From positions 53,134,001-53,198,000 of the forward strand of contig NC_043007.1 in the NCBI RefSeq assembly GCF_006345805.1: 64,000 nucleotides of DNA, read 5' to 3'. The DNA is from Octopus sinensis. Its lineage: Eukaryota. The notes under the pieces were generated by a model. That model was given only the letters and a program-made list of their open reading frames with translations. It searched no databases and was not told the origin of the DNA. Position 1 is the first letter of the stretch. Each line of letters opens with the position of its first letter. Positions 38,545-50,807 of this stretch are shown here, in pieces. Made by a program: the position numbers and the translations under genes.

Positions 38545-40300
38545 TGCTTGGTGGCAATGTTTCAAAGGAGAGCATCGTGTTTTTGTTCATCATCCCTTAA
38601 ATATTAAGAAGGTCTTGCAGATTTTAATCATCCCATATGTCATGCTCACTTGTTGTGTATGAATTTAAGGAGCAATGTTTTCTCCTCAAGAACCCATGCT
38701 CATATGTATTTTGCTCCAATAATAACAGATATAAAGCAGAGGATGTATGTTGGGTACTGGATTTGCAAGGTCCTTATCAGTGGTCCATGGACATCCTCTT
38801 TTTCTTGTATTTTTCTGATCACATTATCATCCAGAGGGCAGTTGGTTTCAACAACAAAGCATATCTTTTTGTTGTGGTCCCATACCACAATATTTGGCTG
38901 GTGTTTTAACTTGCTCTCTCCTTAATGATGGGTCCATCATAGGTGACATTTTCATTTTGCCCAAGCTATTAGTAACTTTACCAGAAAGCAGAGGCTGTAT
39001 TTCTAAGTTGTTTATGCATAGAGTCATGGAGGAGGGCACTAGTTTCCCATTTTTTACCATTAAAAATATACATTTGAACTCACAAAATTTCATTCCAGTA
39101 TTTTTGGAGTTATGTGATCCAATTGTATTTTGATGTGGCTCATACAACATCATGTCATCAACAAAGAAAAATTAAGAGATGTCATGAAACCCATTGCTAT
39201 GGCTGCTGTGTTTTGTGGTTAGGTATGACAGTAAGTTTAGGGAGAGCACAAAGAACAGTACTGAAAAGATATTGCCCTGAAGGATGCCTTTTTCAGTAGT
39301 GTATGGCATTAGATTTGATGTCTTCATTGTTACCTCTAAGAATTAGAGATGTGTGTACCAGTTTTTGGTTAGGTGGTGGATGGAAGCTACAAGTGGTGGT
39401 ACACTTTGACTAACTGCAGTGCCTTGGTACTCAACCCATATTATATTCTATCAAAAGCTTTTTGGTTGTCTATCCATACTATGGACAAGTTATTGCAGTT
39501 TTTATTGTTCTTTTTTGTGTCATTTTGTTAACTAGCAGATACTTAATACATCCCCACACTTTCTTATTTCTCCCATCTTGTGGGTTTACAATATTGTTAG
39601 TTATATAATGAATCTCTTGAAACATGTTGAGGCAGCCAATGTACTTTGACAGACTATCAAGCGGTAATTTTTAGCTTTGGTGGTTTAGCTATTTGGGGGA
39701 TGAGAAGGGTGATGGCTGTTAGCCATGTGAGTATACTTAACTTGCCTTTAATACTCTTCCCAAATAGTCTTATTAAATCTTACTGATAAAGCTTTCATTT
39801 TTAAACAATATCCTGTAATAAAATCTGGGCCTGGGGATTTCCTGTTTGGTATTTTTGGGGGTTTGTTTCCAGTACTGTACTCTTGATTTTGTATAGTTTT
39901 GATTTAATGCTTGCAGTATCCCTGATCTAATTTTTTCTATCCATTCAGCTTTTTCATTGAATTTATCATTCTTTTCCCAAATTGATCTCCAGTAACTGAT
40001 ACTTTTATTTCTTGCTTTAGCTGATGAATTTTAAAAAGTAAAGTGTTAGTTTTTGAATCCCTAAACTGCTTTCCTAGTTTATTTTTTTTAAATATTCCTG
40101 ATTTTGTGAATTTATTTATAGTGTTCACTTCATAACTATGATAATCTGTGAGACAGTTGTTTGAAGAAACAGAATTTGATATTTCAAGTTGTAGCCCATC
40201 CTGGCTTTGAATGCTTACCTCTGTCTTTACTCTGCTTCTCCAGCTCCTTATAGTAGGCAATGTTATTGCTGACATATATCACTTTCCCATATGGATTCTA
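38545..40300 (-). mobile_element. Decayed R4/Dong-like LINE (third subfamily)
   Basis: Reverse complement gives VWIDNQKAFD, KGILQGNIFSVLFFVLS, FFVDDMMLY and endonuclease VETNCPLDDN..VIIGA. Confidence 0.8.
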
Positions 40301-40989
40301 TTTCAAATGTTATTCTTTTTTTTCTTTTAATCTTGTAATCTCATTCACAGTGCAAGTATCATTATGAAAATTCTTTATTCATGCTTCAATGAGTTTTCTA
40401 ACTGGATACCACCAGTAAGGACGAGGAGCTAAGGGTGTGTCCTTAGTTCTTCTCCCTTTATCAGTAGAATTATCATTTGAACTAGAATAGCTGATATTTT
40501 AACATGTAATTACACTATTGTCAAATTTCTTTGCCTTTTATTATTAATTTCTTTCTTTCAAATCTTCATTTTTTTTCCAGTTCTGTGATTGCATAGTTAA
40601 ATTAATAAATCTCACTGTCAACTTGTTCTGTTTGCCCACTATTGTCTTGAATAATGTTGATTGCACTTTCTGTTATGAAATCTTTACTAATATATCTACA
40701 CTCTTTCTTGTACATGAGTTTTAAGTGATCAATCGATTGTTGGCTTACTAATTAACTTACTGATATGTCAATTAATTAATTCACTTGTTTCAAAGAATTA
40801 GGTTCATTTATTCACTCTCCTTTCTTATTCTCTTACCAGTTTATAACTGGAAATCACAGCATATAATGTGAAATATCAGTGCTATCAATTTTATGAGTTC
40901 TATCAATTTTAGTAACCTTGATCTGATTTAATGTCAAAATGTTTCATTACACAATAGGAAACATGACCATTAAGCTGAAGACCAGCATC

Positions 40990-41720
40990 ATCATCATCAT
41001 CGTTTAACATCCGTTTTCCATGCTAGCATGGGTTGGACGGTTCGACCAGGGTCTGGGAAGCCAGGAGGCTGCACCAGGCTCCAGTCTGATCTGGCAGTGT
41101 TTCTACTGCTGGATGCCCTTCCTAACGCCAACCACTCCTTGAGTGTAGTGGGTGCTTTTTACGTGCCACTGGCACAGGGGCCAGAGGAGGCTGGCAAATG
41201 GCCACGATCGGTTGGTGCTTTTACATGTCACCGACACGGACGCCAGTCAGGCAGCGCTGGCATCTGCCATGTTCGGACAGTGCTTTTTACATGTCACTGG
41301 CACGGGTATCTTAACTACAATTTCCATATGATTTTCATTTTGATGCTGGTGTTGATGTACTTGACTCAATAGGTCTCCTCAAGAACAGCGGGTCACTCTA
41401 CGATCCAAGGTTAGCACAGCAGGCCGTCCTGCGAACCATGAACTCACTTCATTTGTTGGGTCTTCACAGTCACAGCATATCTCAGAGGTGTCAGTCTTCG
41501 TCATTTCCCCTGTGAGGCCCTACATGCCACCGGCACGGGTACCACAACTGCAATATCCATACGATCTTTATTTTGATGTTGATAAACTTGACACAATAGG
41601 TCTCCTCAAGCATAGCAGGCTGTCCTGCAAGCCATGAACTCACTTCATTTGTAGGGTCTTTGAAGTCACAGCATATCTCCAGAGGTCTCAGTCTTTCGTC
41701 ATAGCCTCTGTGAGGCTCAA
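40990..41720 (-). mobile_element. RTE 3' UTR and C-terminal remnants
   Basis: (CAT)n-cgtttaacatccg tail, three gtgctttt.acgtgcca cores, and a duplicated aggtctcctcaag..gaactcacttcattt segment. Confidence 0.85.
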
Positions 41721-42012
41721 CGTACAAACAAGATTAAATTTAGACAACTTGCTGCTCCTTATCTCATCTAAAGTCTTAATCAGCAACTTATTGTCTTTTA
41801 CTAGATCTGCAAAATTTATTGGCAAGTGATTTTATACTCTTAACTTTCAATAGCTTAGTACTCTAAGTTATACCCCTTCACTTCAGTGCTTCTTTTATCA
41901 TATTCTTGACTTAGCTTCTCCTTAATAATACTAAAATTATTTTTACTTGCTGATATTTGTTTTAATGTTGTTATTGTCATTACCATTATTGCTGTTATTG
42001 TTATTATAAGTA

Positions 42013-44299
42013 TTGGGTTGTCCGGAAAGTTCATGCAGATTTTTAAAAGAAAGGAAAAGGTCAATAAATACTTACCATTACATTTTTAATCAACCAAATA
42101 TGAACCATTTTGTTGCGTCTCCATCTTTCCTTTAACTTGAAAATACCTTCTTCCCAGAATTGAGGTGGTTTCATGGCAAAGAATTCATCAAGGTATCTTT
42201 TTACGTCATCCAAGGAATTGAAATTTTTATCATTAAGACTATTTTGCAGAGAGCTGAATACAGTGGCCTGGGAACAAAATTTGCTTAGGGGATATTGAAT
42301 GGTCGTTTTGCCCCAAAAAGGTGGACAGGGGGAAGACCCATTGACCTGGGAGTGCAGGTAGAAAGAAAGAGGAAGTGTAGAGAAAGAAGGCAATAAAGAT
42401 AGATAGGAGGTGGTTATAGAGACAGGAAGAAATGAAAGGTAGTAAAGAGGGAAAAGAAGATGTGTAGAGAGAAAGAACCATAGAAATAGATAGGGAATGT
42501 TTTACAAAGAAGAGGATAGGAAAGGTTAGAAAACGGAGACAATGTCCACCAAATGTTGAAAGCTGTGTGGGATACCACTGAGTAAGAATAGAAGCGGATG
42601 TGTGGCTTTACAAATTTATTTCGTAATTTCAGTTTGCAATTATTTATAGTTAAATGTTTCCTTTCAAAGTTTTTACTTTCAAACAATTTTTTCATGCACA
42701 TTTTGGACCTAACAACCTATATGAGAAAATCGTTTTGACTGAAAGAATTTTGAAAGGGTTTTGAATCCATTCAACCATGTTTTAAGTCTTTAGCAACACC
42801 AATTACAAAGAACTTGGGAGTGGTACTGAAAGATGGAGAGTAGTATTTGACAGACAGAAAGAGAGAGTTACATATTTTAACTGGGTGGGAGCTGTCTTCA
42901 ATAATTCAAGTAATGCTATATATTCAAAATTAACCATACATGTTGGTTTTGTTGTTATTGTTGCTGCTACTGTTGTTATTGTCACTTATTTTTTTTTGTA
43001 TTTTGACACTACTTTCCTTCAGAAGTTAGTGGTCATAAACTCCCTAGGGAATTTTATGCCAGCTTCATCACTTTTATTTATTATAATTTTTTTTTCTTTG
43101 TTTTGAGACGAGATCGAACTTAAGCATTTTATACTGATGAATTTTAGACGCTTTTTTCTGAAACTGGTAAGATTATGTAGGGGGTGCAAATTTTGATCTT
43201 GCACCCCCTGAGAATTCTAGGGGGTGCAGGTGCACCCGCTGCACCCCCTGTTCCCGGGCTCTTGGCTGAATAAGTGGAAATCCAAAGAAGCAATAATATC
43301 TGGTGAATATGGAGGGTGGGGTAACACATCCTAGCCGAGCTGCAGCAATTTTTGTCTGGTTCCCAAAGAAACGTGCGATCTTGCATTATCTTGTTGGAAA
43401 ACAACACCCTTCCTGTTGGCCAATTCTGATCGTTTCTCTTGAATTACTGCTTTTAACACGTCCAGTTGTGTGCAGTATTTCTCATAATTAATTGTCTGGT
43501 TACTTGGGAGAAGCTCATAGTACAGAATTCCTTTCCAATTCCACCAGACACAAAGCAAGACTTTTTTAGGGAGAAGACCCGCTTTTGGGGTAGCTAAGGG
43601 TGGCTCATGTCACTTACTCCAGGATCACTTTCTCTGAACATTTCAGTAGATAATCCATTTCTCATCACCTGTCACAATTTGCTTTAAAAAAGGCGCATTT
43701 TCATTGTGTTTATAAAGCGAATCACAGATGGAAATGCGATCCAAAAGGTTCTTCTCACTCAACACATGTGGTACCCAAATATCACATCAATTTGTGCCCA
43801 AGCTTTACCAGGTGCTCATGAACGACGGATTTTGATAGGTTGAGGCTTTCTGCCAATTCTTGGGTTGTGCAATGTTGGTTATTCTCAATTAATGGCTTGA
43901 TTTGGTCATCATCTGTAGTGGATGGTCTGCCTGATCGCTCTTTATCAATAAGGCTACAATCTCCAGCTCGAAACCTTGCGAACCACTTCTGTACAGTTCT
44001 TTCGGATAAAGAAACATCACTATAAACTGCATATTTCTTTGGTTGCTTGTGAGGCATTTTTCCCTTTACAGAAAAAGAAAAGCATCAAGTGCTGAAAATG
44101 AACTTTCTTATCTTCCATTTTAAAAGGTTACAGAATTAACACAGGTTATAGGAACATAAACCTTCTTCCACAAAAAATAGCTTAAACTGTGCTCTAAATG
44201 GAGGTGTAGTCAAATCCTATTTTATGGACTCAACCATGTTCTAAAATAAGTCGAAAGGTAAGCTACTATAAATCGGCACGAACTTTCTGAACAACCCAG
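42013..44299 (-). mobile_element. Full-span decayed mariner element carrying a nested insertion
   Basis: TA TSD at 42011-12 and 44300-01; ~29-bp imperfect TIRs; motifs WFARFRAG..RSGRP, QQDNARSH, HPPYSPD and FWEEGIFKL..RW. About 1275 bp after removing the insert. Confidence 0.9.
42261..43264. mobile_element. hAT-like non-autonomous element
   Basis: 8-bp TSD GCTGAATA (42253-42260, 43265-43272); 15-bp imperfect TIR CAGTGGCCTGGGAAC / CAAGAGCCCGGGAAC; no ORF. Confidence 0.75.
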
Positions 44300-44580
44300 T
44301 ATTACATGCTATATTAATTAGCAAGGATGTTAACTTGAGGTTTAGTGATGACAAGTCCCCGCAGATTTCAAGAATTTTACTTGAGATTCTTACAGAATGC
44401 AAGATTGCACTTTTCTACAACATGACTTTCAATTTCAATGTCATTCAACTTCTTAGATAGGAGTTTGGATATTGAATGCTGTACCAAGTGCATCAATTAC
44501 TACAAGAATAATTGTCTTCTGAGTCTTCCACAATTTCTTCATTTCTCTGACTAGGTCCTGATATTTCTCACTAATTGAAA

Positions 44581-47150
44581 TCATCATCATCATTATCATC
44601 ATCACCACCACCACTGCCATCATCATCATCGTTTAACATCCGTTTTCCGCGCTAGCACGGGTTGGATGGTTCGACCGGGGTCTGGGAAGCCAGGGGCTGC
44701 ACCAGGCTTCAGTCTGATCTGGCAGTGTTTCTACAGCTGGATGCCCTTCCTAACGCCAACCACTCCGCAAGTGTAGTGGGTGCTTTTTACGTGCCACCGG
44801 CACAGGTGCCAGGGGAGTCTGGCATCTGCCACGATCGGTTGGTGCTTTTAACGTGCCACCGGCACGGAAGCCAGCCAAGGCGGCGCTGGCATTGGCCACG
44901 TTTGGATGGTGCTTTTTATGTGCCACCGGCACAGAAGCCAGTTGAGGTGGCGCTGGCATCGGCCACGTTCGGATGGTGCTTTTTATGTGCCACCGGCACA
45001 GAAGCCAGTCGAGGCGGCGCTGGCAATGGCCACGTTCGGATAGTGCCTTTTATGTGCCACCGGCACAGGTGTCACAACTACTATTTCGATTGATATTTGT
45101 TTTGATGTTCATGTACATGTACTTGACTCAACAGGTCTCCTCAAGCACAGCGGGATGTTCTGGGATCCAAGGTACTTTGAATGGGCAGAGGCTATGCAGA
45201 ACTGGTGCAGGAAGCAGCCGGGCTCTTTGCAGTCACAGCACATCTCCAGAGATCTCGGTCCTTTGCCATTGCTTCAGTGAGGCCCAACGCTCTGAGGTCA
45301 TGCTTGACTACCTCATCCCATGTCTTCCTGGGTCTACCTCTCCCCCTGATTCCTTCAACTGTTTGGGAGCGGCACTTCTTCACACATCTCTCCTCATCCA
45401 TCCGCAGTACATGACCATACCATCGCAAGCGTCGCTCTTGCATACCACATCTGATGCTTCTTATGTCCAGCATTTCTCTCAGGTTGCTTACACTCTGTTG
45501 TGCGTGCACACTGACATTAAACATCCAGCGGATCATGCTAGCTTCATTTCTTTCAAGTCTACGCATGTCCTCTGCAGTCACGGCCCATGTTTCACTACCG
45601 TGAAGCATGGCAGTTCGCACACGTGCATCATACAATCTACCTTTCACTCTGAGTGAGAGACCCTTTTTCGCCAGTAGGGGTAGGAGCTTTCTAAACTTTG
45701 CCCAGGCTATTCGTATTCTAGTGGTGACACTCTCTGAGCATCCACCTCCACTACTAACTTGGTCACCCAGGTAGCGGAAACTATCGACTACTTCTAGTTT
45801 CTTCCCCTGGAGTGTGATGGAATCTGTTTTCTGAGTATTTGTGGTGTCTATTGTCCCTGTGCATCTGCCGCACATGAAAGCTATCTAATCAGTTAATTTC
45901 CCTTTGATGTTGCTGCACCTCTAATGCGTCCATAGCTTACACTGGGTGCATCTTGTGGAGTTTCTACCTACACCTTTCCTACAGATCGAACAGGGCCACC
46001 TGCCCTATGAGGTGTGTGCTGAGTTCGCCTTTCTGCTTACTATAACTTTGGTCTTTGCTACATTTACTCTAAGGCCCTTTGATTCTAACCCTTGTTTCCA
46101 CATCCGAAATTTCTTTTCTAGTTCCAGTAGTGATTCTGCTATGAGAGCCAGGTCATCAGCATAGAGGAGCTCCCAGGGGCAACCTGTTTTGAATTCCTCT
46201 GTTATTGCCTGGAGGACTATGATGAATAAAAGGGGACTGAGGGTTGAGCCTTGGTGTACACCTACTTCTACCCGGAATTCTTCACTATATTCGTTGCCAA
46301 TCCTCACCTTGCTGACAGCCTCTCTGTATAGGGCCTGTACAGCCCTTATTAACCATTCGTCAATCTCCAGTTTCCGCATCGACCACCAGATAAGGGATCG
46401 GGGGACCCTGTCAAAGGCTTTCTCCAAGTCCACAAAAGCTATGTAGAGGGGTTTATCTTTAGCTAGGTACTTCTCCTGCAGTTGTCGGACCAGGAATATA
46501 GCATCAGTGGTGCTTCTACCCGGCACAAAACCGAACTGCATCTCATCTAAGCAAATTCTCTCCCTAATGAGATGGGTTATGACCCTCTCTGTGACCTTCA
46601 TCACCTGATCCAACAGTTTAATACCCCTGTAGTTATTTCTATCTAGAGCATCACCCTTACCCTTTTAGCAGTTGACTATGGTGCTGCTACGCCAGTCATT
46701 GGGTATGACTCCATTATGAACTACCTGGTTTACAATGCGGGTGACTAGGCCATAGCCCACATAAACCAGCTGTTTTAAGCATTTCAGCAGTGATTCCTGA
46801 TGGGCCGGGGGCTTTACCTGGTTTCATACCCTTAATTGCCTTAACTACAAGGGAGCTGTCTATTTGGATAGCTGGTCCTTCTACTGGGTCAACATTTGGC
46901 AGGCTCTCCTCCTCCCATTCATTCTCCACATTCAGCAGTCTTTCATAATGGCTTCTCCAAGCCTCTTTCTTTTCACCAACATTAAAAGCAAGTGCCCCAT
47001 CATCCATGCGGACACATTTCTCTCCTGTAACATCACTATTTTCTCTCACACACTGTCTAGCAATCCGAAATACCTCAGTTCTTTGGTCCTCACGTCGCTG
47101 GACATTGGCAAACTTCTTTTCTGTTATATCTTTGGCTATGTATACCTGCC
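44581..47150 (-). mobile_element. Comparatively young 5'-truncated RTE LINE
   Basis: ORFs 46005-46613 (FVDLEKAFD, QGSTLSPLLF, YADD), 45192-45875 and 46714-47049; CpG-rich; (CAT)n tail. Confidence 0.95.
44779..45070. repeat. 67-bp tandem array in the RTE 3' UTR
   Basis: Core ggtgcttttta.gtgccaccggcac starts at 44779, 44841, 44908, 44975 and 45042. Confidence 0.9.
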
Positions 47151-47254
47151 GCCCGGCCCCCCCTTTTGGCTACTTGGTACAGTTCCCTGCTACTCCCATC
47201 CCTCCAGGCTTTCCAGGCCTGTTTCTTTGCAAAGTCTTGGTGTTTTGGTTATGT

Positions 47255-47755
47255 GTGTGTCTATATGTTTTTTAATCATAATAAAGGCACCTTTTATTAT
47301 AGGGATTATTTCTGTTCTCAGGCTCCAAATTCTTTTCATCTCTATTTTCAGATTTTTGTATTTTAAGAGTTTCTCTGTTTCTTTTAGAGATGTGTTATTT
47401 TTGCAGTGTTTGTCTTTTGTCATAGACAGGAAGTTGGAACAAAGAGCCAACATGAAATTTTGTGTTAAACTTGGGATCTGTGGAGTGCGAAGAATTCAAT
47501 TCTTCATTATGAAAATGCAGCCTGTAAATGAGCTCCCCCTATTTGCCAGATTTAGCACCTGCATATTTCCATCTTTTCTCCAAGACAAAAATGCAGCTCA
47601 AAGGTCGCCATTTTAACATTGTTGTTGAGATCAAGAATGAATTGCAGAAGGTCAAAATTAGGGTTAGGAACACTGGGACCTGTGTTGCTGCACAGGGTAA
47701 CTATTTCAAAGCAGATGATGTTAAAACTTAGGTAAATAAGTTATTTTTTATTAAA
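47255..47755. mobile_element. Dong endonuclease fragment (-) joined to a short deleted mariner (+)
   Basis: KYKNLKIEMKRIWSLRTEIIPII (minus); EQRANMKFCVKLG and PDLAPAYFHLF..KGRHF (plus). Confidence 0.7.
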
Positions 47756-47757
47756 CA

Positions 47758-48603
47758 CTAGCAGAATTGCCCGGCGTTGCTCGGGGCTGAATTGCTTGAA
47801 AGTACTGTTAATGATTGCACTGAATTATGATGATTATTCAGGCAAATATTGATATAAGTTTACAGTGGGAGATAAGGACTTAACGATAAAACGTGTGCCA
47901 TTGCATTGTTTTGGGGGAACCAAATTTCTGATGAGCATTATAGGGGCACCAACTTTAAGTTTGAGAAAGTGTGGTGGTAGTCCGGGGTGCTCAAAGGAAT
48001 TGAGTACCTCTATTGGATAGTTGATGATGTCCTCTGGGTCAGGAGTTGTATCGATAGACTGATATACATAGACTTCCCCAGGAATGAGTTTTAGCATTTC
48101 ATCATTAATATGGTGAACAGTTTTATTCCTCGGGGCCAGTATAGCCTTTTTGCCAATCCAATCCATATTCTGATAATTAGCTTGTAGATCTGGGAACACT
48201 GCATCTCTGAGATCAGAAGGCGTCTTAACAATGGTACAAATGGAATCGATGGCAATATTACCATTTTCATCCCCTGGTATTTTGCCTTCGCCAAGTGCAA
48301 GGAGGGTGTGAGGAAATGCTGCTGATGTGATATTACGTCGCATATGAGCACGCATATTGGTGTGAAGTTTGAGAGTTACTTCCCTTTATTAAAAAAAATA
48401 TGCATTAAAATGGAAAAAAATGATGGTAAATTATTTGTAAAATCATAGACTCATCGTAGACGCGCGCTAATACCCAGAAGGGCTCGATATGAATCACGAC
48501 TATAAGATACCCGGTTTTGGTTAAACTGCATTGCAAAATGTGGGAGTAGTTAGGAATCTAAATCGGAGTAGACAGACACACAGCCTTTCTTTTATATATA
48601 AAT
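47758..48603 (-). mobile_element. Internally deleted Helitron retaining a Pif1-like helicase fragment
   Basis: 3' CTAG at 47758-61 with hairpin cccgagcaacgccggg; ORF 47834-48355 has AILAPRN, PIEVLNS..GLPPH.LKLKVGAPIMLIRNL..CNGTR; termini shared with 29027-29425. Confidence 0.92.
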
Positions 48604-48877
48604 ATTTTCGTCCTAAAAAACTTTGTATGGAGTGAAAGGTTACCTCTATGGAAATATATACACACACATTATACATACATCTGTGTATAGATGAATATAT
48701 AAATACATTTAAATATCTATATACACTTTTGGGCGATCTTTCTTTTTCTTAGAGATAACTTTAGATCTTATTTTCGTCCTAAAAAACTTTGTATGGAGTG
48801 AATGGTTACCTCTATGGAAATATATACACACACATTATACATACATGTGTGTATAGATGAATATATAAATACATTTA
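48603..48877. repeat. 109-bp near-identical direct duplication (48603-48711, 48769-48877)
   Basis: Two mismatches by eye; 57-bp spacer. Confidence 0.9.
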
Positions 48878-49024
48878 TGGCACGACCCGATGCATTCAAC
48901 TCTTAAAAATGCTAGGTAAATTGTAATTGAAGAAATCCTATATTGTAGATTTCTATAAGATACAAAGGGAGGCAGATAAAATCTGCCTTTTATAATAAGA
49001 GATAACAAAAAGTTCCTACTTTTT

Positions 49025-49498
49025 GATACCACCTCATATCAGACAGACTAACAACATCAACAATGTCATTGATTGTCCTCCAACAATCCTCATGCACATG
49101 CTGATGAATTTTCTCCACATTTCCAGTGGTGACACTTGTGGCAGATCTTCCAGATTGCTCATTGTCTTCCAGGGATGTTCTGTTTTTGAAGCACCCATGG
49201 CACTTGAAAGATTGCGTACAACCTATTGCCTTGCTGACACATGCTCAATGTCGCTGTAACAAACTTCCCAAGTTTAATGCAAAATTTTACATTGACTTTG
49301 TTCCTACTTCCTGTCTATGAGAAAATCACATACATGTGATCACAAAAACACAAATTTCACAACTTGTGAAGTAATGTCACTTCACACACTGCCTCATGAA
49401 GGTCACTACTAGCTCTCACTGCATATGCAACCAAGTCCTAGCATCTGATGACATGCTACAGAACTAGTCCAGAAACTTTTTGATACCACCTTCATACA
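49025..49498 (-). mobile_element. mariner 5' fragment
   Basis: TIR-like gaaggtggtatcaaaaagtttc after TA; RTSLEDNEQSGRSATS..NVEKIHQHVHED. Confidence 0.7.
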
Positions 49499-49510
49499 TA
49501 TGTGTATATA

Positions 49511-50279
49511 CTAGCTGTTGGACCCGGCGTTGCTTGTGTTTTCTGTATTGAAGTTAAGCACACCTCTGACCTTGTATTGAAATTTTCTACATTCTCTGTG
49601 CCTTTAAGATGTTACATCTGGTTCGGCAGGGATTTTACCTGGTTAACGCTTTTGACATACTCCTACATACTGGACCATCTGAAATCGCAGTCAAACTTTT
49701 GGGTGTACCTCGACCCATTGAGAGTGATGTTTGTTTATTTCTCTCCCCTTAATGCCACCCTCTGTACAAAATTGATCAGTGTGTCCAATCTCAGAAAATC
49801 TGAAGAAAAGTGTTATGGTTATATCATAAAATAGAATCCATGTGACCATTTACATGAAATTATAAAAGTTACAGCCAAAAATAAAATCCCTATGGGTATT
49901 TGCATACAAAAAGCCTATTGATTTTATAAAACCACTGCTCTGGTGCAATTAGCGATTTTTTGTCAACGCCATATACTGACATCAACTCACTTCCATGAGC
50001 CTCGCTCACTCATTGATTTTCATCAAAATCAGTGCAAAAGCTGCAGGAAAAATAACATCATTATGGGAATTTCCATTCAACGCCCGATTGAGCTCACAAA
50101 AATCAATACCAACTGAGCATTATCGAGCTTTTGAAAAATTCTGGCCTTATTTTAACTTCAGGGCATGTGATCTACCTATGTGCCAAAATTCATTAAAATC
50201 GGTTGGATGGTGTGAGAGGAGTTAGAGTAACCCCAAACATACACAGAGACAGACACCATTACAAATTTATGTATATAGA
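49511..50279 (-). mobile_element. Non-autonomous Helitron, second family
   Basis: A|TC at the 50279 end; caagcaacgccgggtccaacagCTAG|T at the 49511 end. Confidence 0.85.
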
Positions 50280-50280
50280 T

Positions 50281-50314
<34 letters not shown>

Positions 50315-50807
50315 AGGTGAATACTTTTATATATATAAATGTAAGATCCAAGGATTGAGGTGTAGGAAGAAGGTTAGCTCCAAGCAAACCATAGAAAATA
50401 TAAAAAACAACTTTCAAGAACAATAGTGGTTTAATGAGGTGGAAGGTTGTGGATTTTTTTCTGTATCGAAGTATGGTAAGCTGAAAAAAGGTTTTATATT
50501 TCATGGCAAACAGGTAGGGTTGCCAGGTATGCAAATAAAATACAAGAGTTAAGGAAAGGAGTAGATAATATCTGGGCTACATATGTTTTATAGCAAGTGG
50601 AATCTCGGAAGTAGTAAATATCCAAGCAAGGTGTATACTGCAGGTTGCTCTTCAGGCCAAAGGTATCTTGATTAAATGAAGTTTACATTATTGTAAGAAG
50701 ACGGTACATGAACGATTCAATCAGAGAGCACTGTTGGAGTGGAGAATATATTGTGAAGAGTGTAAGAAAGAAAGGAATATAGTAATAAGAAAAAGAATTA
50801 AAAAACA

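Noticed and set aside
44779-45070. CRISPR-like palindromic repeat-spacer pattern
   Set aside because: Spacers are homologous to each other, the array is part of an RTE 3' UTR, there are no cas genes, and the context is eukaryotic.
50600-50660. Hammerhead on minus (CTGAAGA-GCAA..TTGC)
   Set aside because: GAAA is absent and no stem I/III can be formed.
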